From positions 1-25,672 of IMG/VR virus record IMGVR_UViG_3300018080_000546: 25,672 bases of DNA, one strand, 5' to 3'. Position 1 is the stretch's first letter. The number at the start of each line of letters is the position of its first letter. Under the pieces are notes generated by a model that worked only from the letters and a program-made list of their open reading frames with translations, was not told where the DNA came from and did no database searches. Of the stretch, positions 1-5,786 are shown piece by piece. Both the position numbers and the translations under genes were made by a program. This DNA comes from a virus. Its lineage: Duplodnaviria > Caudoviricetes.

Positions 1-84
1 TCATCCTCCTGTTTTTGCTTGCCTTAGGCCCGGTCGATCCGGGAGCCCCAGCGCCGCGTCAAGGCGGCAAGCGTGCGGGGGTGA

Positions 85-100
85 GCCCGCCGAAGCGGGC
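85..100 (-). terminator. GC-rich hairpin with C(UUCG)G tetraloop downstream of the pentapeptide-repeat gene (terminator-like or stabilising)
   Basis: Minus strand reads GCCCGC-TTCG-GCGGGC, about 10 nt after the stop at 110; no clear U-tract. Confidence 0.45.
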
Positions 101-109
101 CCGGCGGGG

Positions 110-628
110 TCAGTCGTCAATGATCGCGTCGCCCTTGTACGCGTTGCTCAGGTCCGCGTCGCGCATGTCCGCGCCTCGCAGGTCGGCGCCTCGCAGGTCC
201 GCGTCGCGCATGTCCGCGCCTCGCAGGTCGGCGCCTCGCAGGTTGGCGTAGCGCAGGTCAGCGCCTCGCAGGTCGGCGCCTCGCAGGTTGGCGTAGCGCA
301 GGTCCGCGCCTCGCAGGTTAGCGCCTCGCAGGTTGGCGTAGCGCAGGTCAGCGCCTCGCAGGTCCGCGCCTCGCAGGTTAGCGTCGTTCAGGTCCGCGTC
401 GCGCAGGCACACGTCGCGCAGGCACACGCCGCGCAGGTCAGCGCCTCGCAGGTTAGCGTCGCGCAGGTTAGCGTCGCGCAGGTCGGTATCGCGCAGGTCG
501 GTATCGCGCAGGTCGGCCCGAGCACCAGCCTTGCCGCGCCTGGCCTGCCAGAGCTCGTGGTCTGCGATGATCTTCGCGAGGTCGTTGTCGTTGATCTGGC
601 GCCGTGCGGTAGTCGGATGCGTAGTCAT
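110..628 (-). CDS. Pentapeptide repeat protein (A[D/N]LRG repeats), 172 aa
   Basis: About 25 tandem ADLRG/ANLRG/ADLRY/ADMRD pentapeptides after the typical N-terminal 'LAKIIADHELW...GARADL'. Start moved from 958 to ATG 628 (GGAGGA RBS and promoter upstream). Confidence 0.9.
   Translation of the reverse strand: MTTHPTTARRQINDNDLAKIIADHELWQARRGKAGARADLRDTDLRDTDLRDANLRDANLRGADLRGVCLRDVCLRDADLNDANLRGADLRGADLRYANLRGANLRGADLRYANLRGADLRGADLRYANLRGADLRGADMRDADLRGADLRGADMRDADLSNAYKGDAIIDD
143..515. repeat. 15-nt coding tandem repeat (gcgcctcgcaggtcg-like) underlying the pentapeptide repeats
   Basis: Visible 15-nt periodicity, including a 45-nt duplication at 149-193/194-238. Confidence 0.9.
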
Positions 629-674
629 TGTCCTGTCCTCCGTTGTGCTGTGTCCGTCATCGCTTACACAATAT

Positions 675-703
675 AGTATAACTACGTCGCTGGTGATTGT
701 CAA
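675..703 (-). promoter_or_regulatory. Sigma70-type promoter, leftward
   Basis: Minus strand TTGACA (703-698), 17-nt spacer, TATACT (680-675). Confidence 0.8.
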
Positions 704-714
704 GAAGCGCCAGT

Positions 715-738
715 GAGAAATCTTCGCGATCTTTTCTC
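715..738. promoter_or_regulatory. Operator-like palindrome centred between the divergent promoters
   Basis: GAGAAA-tct-TCGCGA-tct-TTTCTC; dyad axis 726/727 is the exact midpoint between the two -35 boxes. Confidence 0.5.
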
Positions 739-749
739 GACAGCGCCAC

Positions 750-778
750 TTGACGGACAACGGTGACGGCGTTATCCT
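750..778 (+). promoter_or_regulatory. Sigma70-type promoter, rightward (drives the RecT / RAMP / array operon)
   Basis: TTGACG (750-755), 17-nt spacer, TATCCT (773-778). Confidence 0.7.
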
Positions 779-818
779 CATAATGTCAACGCGACACACA
801 CACGCACAGGAGGACAAC

Positions 819-1229
819 ATGAGCACGGACGCAACGTGGCACGATGAGACCGAGGCACTGTGGGAGCTGCAGGAGTGCATAACGCTGCTGGCATGTGGTG
901 CGAGGGCGCCGGTTAGGCACCTCGATAGCTGCCGCCCCATCGATGTCTTCATCGCCATGGTTGTTGACGGCGCTGCGCCAATCGGGCAGATGCATCACAC
1001 GCACACGTATCACACCGACGACGGCCAATATGTCGGCACGTACATGACGGTATACGGCAACTACGTGGTGGCAGCAATCCGGCGCACCGCCGACGGCAGC
1101 TATGAGTGGTTGCATCGTCCCGAGTATACCGACTACGGCATCAACGCCTATCGGCGGTACTCCGCCATCGAGAGCGAGCTGGTGGGCGACGTCTATCCCT
1201 ATGATTCGGCAGTAGGCACCGACGCCTGA
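819..1229 (+). CDS. Hypothetical phage protein, 136 aa
   Basis: ATG 819 preceded by AGGAGG RBS, downstream of the rightward promoter; no family recognised. Confidence 0.75.
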   Translation: MSTDATWHDETEALWELQECITLLACGARAPVRHLDSCRPIDVFIAMVVDGAAPIGQMHHTHTYHTDDGQYVGTYMTVYGNYVVAAIRRTADGSYEWLHRPEYTDYGINAYRRYSAIESELVGDVYPYDSAVGTDA

Positions 1230-1239
1230 CCACCACATC

Positions 1240-1262
1240 GGCCCCGTCGCACTGGCGGGGCC
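1240..1262 (+). other. Intergenic GC-rich RNA hairpin
   Basis: GGCCCCGTCG-cac-TGGCGGGGCC with two G-U pairs; no U-tract. Confidence 0.5.
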
Positions 1263-1282
1263 AACACACAAGGAGAACAGAC

Positions 1283-2164
1283 GTGACACGCGACAAACGA
1301 ACGATCAACGAAGTCGTGCAGGAAAAGATCATTCGCGATGGCGATCTTTCCGGTTTGACGAATGACGAGCAGGTTGAATACTACAACTCTGTTTGCGACT
1401 TGCTTGGTATCGATCCGCTCACTCAGCCGTTCCAGTATTTGCGACTGAACGGGAAGTTGCAGCTCTACGCCATGCGTGCAGCGGCGGAACAGTTGCGACG
1501 GGTAAACAAGATCAGCCTCACGATAACAAGCCGTGAGATGATGTCCGAGGACCTGTATGTAGTAACAGCCCGTGCAACGGACGCAACCGGCAGAACAGAC
1601 GAGTCAACAGGGGCCGTGCCTCTCGATGGACTCAGAGGAGAGAAACTTGCCAACGCGTTGATGAAGGCGGAAACCAAGGCGAAACGTCGGGTTACGTTGT
1701 CAATCGCTGGTCTTGGCATGCTTGACGAGAACGAGGTCTCGTCCATTCCCGACGCACAAACAATCAGCGCAGAAGACCGAGAGACGGAAAACCTGCGCTC
1801 GAACATCAAGTATGAGATGAAGCGCATCGGGTGGAACGCGAAGGACATAACAAACTACATACGCGAGACGTATGATTTGCCGGAGGGCGAAGAGCTGGAC
1901 GCGGAGCACCTGGAAGACCTGCTCGACAGGGTTCGCGGCATGAGCCCGCCGGACAATGACGACCAGGAAGAAACGCCGCCGGAGAACATACCAACAGACA
2001 AGAAAGGGCTCGTCGCATGGTGCAAGGCCAAGGCGGAGGCCCTCGGGATGGACGACGACACACTTGACAGCGTCGCGACGCAGGAGTGCGGAGGATCGGT
2101 GGACGAACTTTCCGCAGAGGACCTGCTGTCGCTCGTTGACGTTTTGCAGCTTTACGAAGCGTAA
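1283..2164 (+). CDS. RecT/Red-beta-like single-strand DNA annealing protein with acidic C-terminal extension
   Basis: N-terminal 'GDLSGLT..EQVEYYNSVC..LGIDPL.QPFQY..LNGKLQLY' and 'NALMKAETKAKRRVTLSIAGLG' resemble phage RecT/Bet annealases; AAGGAG RBS, GTG start. Confidence 0.7.
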   Translation: MTRDKRTINEVVQEKIIRDGDLSGLTNDEQVEYYNSVCDLLGIDPLTQPFQYLRLNGKLQLYAMRAAAEQLRRVNKISLTITSREMMSEDLYVVTARATDATGRTDESTGAVPLDGLRGEKLANALMKAETKAKRRVTLSIAGLGMLDENEVSSIPDAQTISAEDRETENLRSNIKYEMKRIGWNAKDITNYIRETYDLPEGEELDAEHLEDLLDRVRGMSPPDNDDQEETPPENIPTDKKGLVAWCKAKAEALGMDDDTLDSVATQECGGSVDELSAEDLLSLVDVLQLYEA

Positions 2165-2170
2165 ACAGTC

Positions 2171-2190
2171 ATGGGGCCGCAAGGCCCCAT
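2171..2190 (+). other. Perfect hairpin with GNRA tetraloop upstream of the RAMP gene
   Basis: ATGGGGCC-GCAA-GGCCCCAT, followed by a short TT and the AAGGAG RBS. Confidence 0.6.
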
Positions 2191-2211
2191 TTCACCACAA
2201 GGAGAACGAAA

Positions 2212-2955
2212 ATGCCTGAGTTTACACTCCACCAACAGTGGGCGTACGCCCGCATTCGATTCATCGCGCCCATCCTCGGCACGGCACAGGCGAACGAAGA
2301 CGTCTACCGCAAGTATATTGGCGCAAAAGCACCTGACCCAGACGTTGCCGAGGCACAAGCGCAGGACCTCCCCGAGGGGGAAAGCCCGGAAGAACGCGGC
2401 TGGACAACGTTTCTGTGCGAAGGCGGACAGGGCGAAAACGAACAGTTTTTGCATCCGTATCTTCCGTCGTATCAGATCAAGGGCTATCTCAAGGGCAAAG
2501 GCAACGAAACGAAAAATCAGGCGAAGGTGCGGGCACTATCGTCGAAGATAGAGAAAAACGTCTACATTCACCCCGACAAGATTCATTTTCTGGACGACGA
2601 GCTGGACTCCGTGGAGTTTCCGGATGGTATAACCTCGCGCTCGCTGAATGCCAACACGCCGCAGGGCAAGCGCACCAGCATAGCCACCAGTCACCACATA
2701 GACAGGGGCCGCCACCTCGCGTTCTGGGTCTGTGTCAACATGGAGTTGCCCAAGGAGCTTGATTTACTGACAGTCAAAAGCCTGCTCAAGTTCGGTATAT
2801 TTTCTGGGCTGGGGCAATGGCGAAGCAGCGGTAAGGGCAGGTTCAAGCTGGAAAAGTTTCAGGAGGTTGACATGCCGGAAGACTGGCAGTCAATTATGGA
2901 ACTTGCTCGAATGGACGAACAGGTCCCCATGCTTGACGAAGGGAGCAAAGCATGA
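2212..2955 (+). CDS. Stand-alone Cas7/Csm3-like RAMP superfamily protein, 247 aa
   Basis: RAMP motifs: N-terminal strand 'ARIRFIAPILGT', 'PYLPSYQIKGYLK' (compare Csm3/Cmr4 PxIPGSSxKGxxR), thumb-like 'RSLNANTPQGKRTSIATS', and C-terminal glycine-rich loop 'GIFSGLGQWRSSGKGRF'. Confidence 0.8.
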   Translation: MPEFTLHQQWAYARIRFIAPILGTAQANEDVYRKYIGAKAPDPDVAEAQAQDLPEGESPEERGWTTFLCEGGQGENEQFLHPYLPSYQIKGYLKGKGNETKNQAKVRALSSKIEKNVYIHPDKIHFLDDELDSVEFPDGITSRSLNANTPQGKRTSIATSHHIDRGRHLAFWVCVNMELPKELDLLTVKSLLKFGIFSGLGQWRSSGKGRFKLEKFQEVDMPEDWQSIMELARMDEQVPMLDEGSKA

Positions 2956-3047
2956 ATGACAACATACCAACCGCACGGTGTGACGAACTGTCCGTCACCA
3001 CACGCAAGGTAACGGGATGATTGACGCGTTGTTGCCAAGAGAAGAAA

Positions 3048-3488
3048 CGCGACGGCGTGGCAGGGAGGCGCTGTGCTAAGCGTCGATTGAGCAAAGGCAA
3101 TGCGTCGTAACGCAAAGCAACGGCATCGAGGCGTGCGGCTCTATGAAGCGACGGCGGTGCGTCGTAAAGCGGAGCAACGGCGTGGCTCATCGGGGCATTG
3201 TCGGCAACGAGACGCAAAGCAACGGCACAGTATTGACACGATGCGAACTGACACGCGAGGCAACGGACTAGCAAGGTGGTGCCCAGAGCGGCAACGGCAA
3301 GGCATCGCGCCCGCTATGATCTGCAACGGCAAGGCATCGCAACGCAACGCAACGGCCAGGTAAGGCGGCGCATAGATCGGCAACGGCCAGGTAAAGCGTC
3401 CGCGATGATCTGCAACGGCATAGTATAGTATCGCAGTGCGACACGATGCAACGGCATCGCAATGCGGCACTCCGATTAGCAAAGGCAA
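3048..3488 (+). ncRNA. Non-CRISPR repeat array with 5-nt periodicity; candidate guide-RNA array for the adjacent RAMP protein
   Basis: Anchor GC(A/G)A(C/A)GG(C) at 3049, 3091, 3117, 3148, 3174, 3219, 3260, 3291, 3323, 3349, 3380, 3412, 3448, 3479; intervening sequence parses into N-G-H-N-N pentamers. The repeat is seen directly; RNA function is inferred. Confidence 0.75.
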
Positions 3489-3490
3489 GA

Positions 3491-3525
3491 GAAGTGCCCC
3501 GGGCTACATTGGCGCGGGGCACTTC
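3491..3525. terminator. Probable bidirectional terminator between the array transcript and the convergent lysis operon
   Basis: 11-bp perfect stem GAAGTGCCCCG / CGGGGCACTTC right after the last array anchor and just beyond the holin stop (3528). Confidence 0.7.
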
Positions 3526-3527
3526 AT

Positions 3528-4049
3528 TTATCGGTTGTCACCACCGAGCACGCTTCGGGCAGTGCCGGTTACCTGCTCCACCATGCCGCCAACGCCCGCG
3601 AGCCCTCTGATCTTCTCCGCTGTCCTCGCGCCGGTATAAATACCATACAGGCCGCCAACAAGCCAGTGCACGGCATCGGGCACGCCAACTGGTTCAATAG
3701 CGATAAGCCCGAACGAATGAAGTATCGGTATTATACCGTAGTTTGTTGCATAAATAACAGCGCATACATACAACATCGTAGGGCGCGCACGACCGGTATA
3801 CTTGTCGCCGGACCCCTGAGCCAACTTCTCGTATTCCAGCGCTCTGTCATTTACCGAGTCGGCGAACTCCATGGCGCGAGATTCAGCATCGGAAAACATC
3901 TTGTACGTTTCGTTCGCGAGGCGCATTTTTACCGCGTCAAGCTGACCTCGCTCTTCGTCAGACGTGTGCAGGTCGTCCACGATGCCAGTTATTTGACCGA
4001 CGAATCCAGTTACTCCACCGTCGCCGAACAAGTCACTAAACCAACTCAT
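3528..4049 (-). CDS. Holin of 3TM (GTA_holin_3TM-like) family
   Basis: 'IVDDLHTSDEER', 'DKYTGRARPTMLY', two C-terminal hydrophobic helices ending 'GLYGIYTGARTAEK'; adjacent to the endolysin. Confidence 0.75.
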   Translation of the reverse strand: MSWFSDLFGDGGVTGFVGQITGIVDDLHTSDEERGQLDAVKMRLANETYKMFSDAESRAMEFADSVNDRALEYEKLAQGSGDKYTGRARPTMLYVCAVIYATNYGIIPILHSFGLIAIEPVGVPDAVHWLVGGLYGIYTGARTAEKIRGLAGVGGMVEQVTGTARSVLGGDNR

Positions 4050-4668
4050 CGTGCTCTCCAGAGCTTAGTATCCTGAGGAAATCCAACAAACCGTCGGCTA
4101 TGCCGAACACAACGTGTGCGCCATAGTCTGCTCCATCAACAGTCTTACAACTAATGTATTGTTTTACCAAGTTTGCAGTCCAAGGATGCGTGAAAAATCC
4201 GAGCTCCAGCACGCACGCCCACGGTCTCGTTTTGGCCAGAAACGCCAGCCTGCTGTGCTGTGAATATCTCCCCACATCGTCAGTGACGATAGGAGGCCTC
4301 ATGGGCACCAGCGGCCTGACAGCCTCATACACGCTGTTCCCGAGGCACGCCGCGAGTATGCTTCCGCCTTTGCTGTTTGACGAGTAGAACGATATTACAC
4401 TCGACACGTCTTCATCTGTTATTGAATTATAGTGCAGGTCAACAACGCCGTCGTAATGCTTCGAGTTGGCAAGGCCTATCCGCCAATCGAGATATTCACT
4501 TGGAGTTATCAAGCCCCGTGGCGTTGGCATATAACTGACGAACGGATGACACAACCTGTCAACTGTGTATGCGATACGGCTCGTAACGATATGCTCGCTG
4601 ATCTTCGTGCCGTCAATCTGTTTACCGCCGTTCATCATCGAATGTCCGGCGAATAGCAACACTTTCAT
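4036..4668 (-). CDS. Endolysin, N-acetylmuramoyl-L-alanine amidase (Amidase_3)
   Basis: Zn/catalytic motifs 'LFAGHS', 'SEH', 'DLHYNS', 'ACVLELGFFTH'. Confidence 0.85.
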   Translation of the reverse strand: MKVLLFAGHSMMNGGKQIDGTKISEHIVTSRIAYTVDRLCHPFVSYMPTPRGLITPSEYLDWRIGLANSKHYDGVVDLHYNSITDEDVSSVISFYSSNSKGGSILAACLGNSVYEAVRPLVPMRPPIVTDDVGRYSQHSRLAFLAKTRPWACVLELGFFTHPWTANLVKQYISCKTVDGADYGAHVVFGIADGLLDFLRILSSGEHDELV

Positions 4669-4997
4669 TATTCGGGCCTTGCGCGTAACTCATCGACTGA
4701 ATCGTTCAGCCGTGCGACAGACGTTTGCAGCTGGTCAACACGTATCGACAGCATGGCTATGCTCGACACCATACCTGGTGATCCGCCGTTTCCGTTCAGC
4801 CGTCGGTCAAGGCGATCAACGGCCTCGGTAAGGCTTTCTATCTGATTGCACAATGACTCATACTTCTGCGCGCTTACAGCGACGTCAGTCTCTGTTTGAC
4901 CGATTCTTGTGTGGTCAGAGATCAACCACGTCCCAAGCGCCGAAAGGATAACAGAAGCAACTGCTATAATAGCGCGTATCTTCCACTCACTGTTCAA
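4668..4997 (-). CDS. Membrane-anchored coiled-coil protein in the lysis cassette
   Basis: N-terminal TM segment (IIAVASVILSALGTWLI) followed by heptad-rich helices; GGAGG RBS, TTG start. Confidence 0.65.
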   Translation of the reverse strand: MNSEWKIRAIIAVASVILSALGTWLISDHTRIGQTETDVAVSAQKYESLCNQIESLTEAVDRLDRRLNGNGGSPGMVSSIAMLSIRVDQLQTSVARLNDSVDELRARPE

Positions 4998-5009
4998 CGT
5001 TATCCTCCA

Positions 5010-5531
5010 TCAGTCGCCAATATCCATCAAGTGGACTCTCGCGGCTTCGTCTGTCGTGTAAACTGATCGCGGACTAGCTCTTACGGAATACCGCATGCTG
5101 TCAGAACTGCCATTGTGGGCGTTTATAATCAACGTTTCAGCAATCGTTGAAATGAGCATAGTGCCAGACGCCCAACCATCACATGCATTCTCATACGGGA
5201 CGATGTTAGCGCTATCATTGTCCATGTGGAACTGGTAACCGTCAATCATGGAATAGACAGTTACCCAAACCTGCTCATTTGGCTTCACGTCGGCAAATGT
5301 CGAGCACCTGAACGCGATCACTACTTGTTCCGGGCCACCTCGTATGTTGCTAGGTCTTGCCTGTCGAGCGCCCGTCCGCACTGCGAGCGTATCGTTTGAG
5401 CAACCATCAGCTGCGAGCGTTGCGCAGTCCTGCACAACCGTCGAAGCAACGCTAAGATATGCGTTGTTAGCGATAGCTATTGCGGCGAACAACAGAACGA
5501 TAGGAACAGTAAGTTTGAGAACAGTTTTCAT
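5010..5531 (-). CDS. Hypothetical protein with signal-peptide-like N-terminus
   Basis: 'MKTVLKLTVPIVLLFAAIAIA-N': basic n-region, hydrophobic core, AxA site; GAGG RBS. Confidence 0.7.
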   Translation of the reverse strand: MKTVLKLTVPIVLLFAAIAIANNAYLSVASTVVQDCATLAADGCSNDTLAVRTGARQARPSNIRGGPEQVVIAFRCSTFADVKPNEQVWVTVYSMIDGYQFHMDNDSANIVPYENACDGWASGTMLISTIAETLIINAHNGSSDSMRYSVRASPRSVYTTDEAARVHLMDIGD

Positions 5532-5786
5532 CTATTCCTCCGGTTCGTCAAATGAGAAGTTTGGTATATCTGATATGCTATCATAGACCGTGACCCACTC
5601 AGAAGTTTCCGCCTCTCCAGCAGCATGCGCGGCGGCGCTCTGCCGAGGTGAAAACAGGTAGCTCGCCACGCCATCAACGTAGCAGGAGACGTGCGGGCCT
5701 ATGGCGCAATCCTGCGACCACGCGGCACGAACAGCGTCATCGTCAGACTGTTCGTAAATGTAGTATCGAGTATACTGTTCGCTCAT
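5532..5786 (-). CDS. Hypothetical phage protein, 84 aa
   Basis: Abuts both neighbouring genes; GAGGAG RBS. Confidence 0.65.
   Translation of the reverse strand: MSEQYTRYYIYEQSDDDAVRAAWSQDCAIGPHVSCYVDGVASYLFSPRQSAAAHAAGEAETSEWVTVYDSISDIPNFSFDEPEE

Noticed and set aside
15-251. Plus-strand ORF with SAPRR repeats
   Set aside because: Antisense shadow of the pentapeptide-repeat gene
143-515. 15-nt repeats as a second guide array or CRISPR
   Set aside because: The period is a multiple of 3 and is fully explained by pentapeptide coding
629-958. Long N-terminal extension of the pentapeptide ORF (start 958) and TTG start 750 of the opposite ORF
   Set aside because: Both run through the divergent promoter region; RBS-supported starts are at 628 and 819
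3048-3488. Canonical CRISPR array (or TIGR-type array)
   Set aside because: The conserved part is only about 8-9 nt and not palindromic, unit length varies in 5-nt steps, and the 'spacers' are themselves patterned. There are no box C/D-like motifs and no Nop-domain protein
2894-3522. ORFs 3100-3363 (+), 2894-3274, 3141-3488 and 3268-3522 (-) across the array
   Set aside because: Low-complexity Arg/Ala/Cys translations without RBS; the period-5 structure and single-base indels argue against coding
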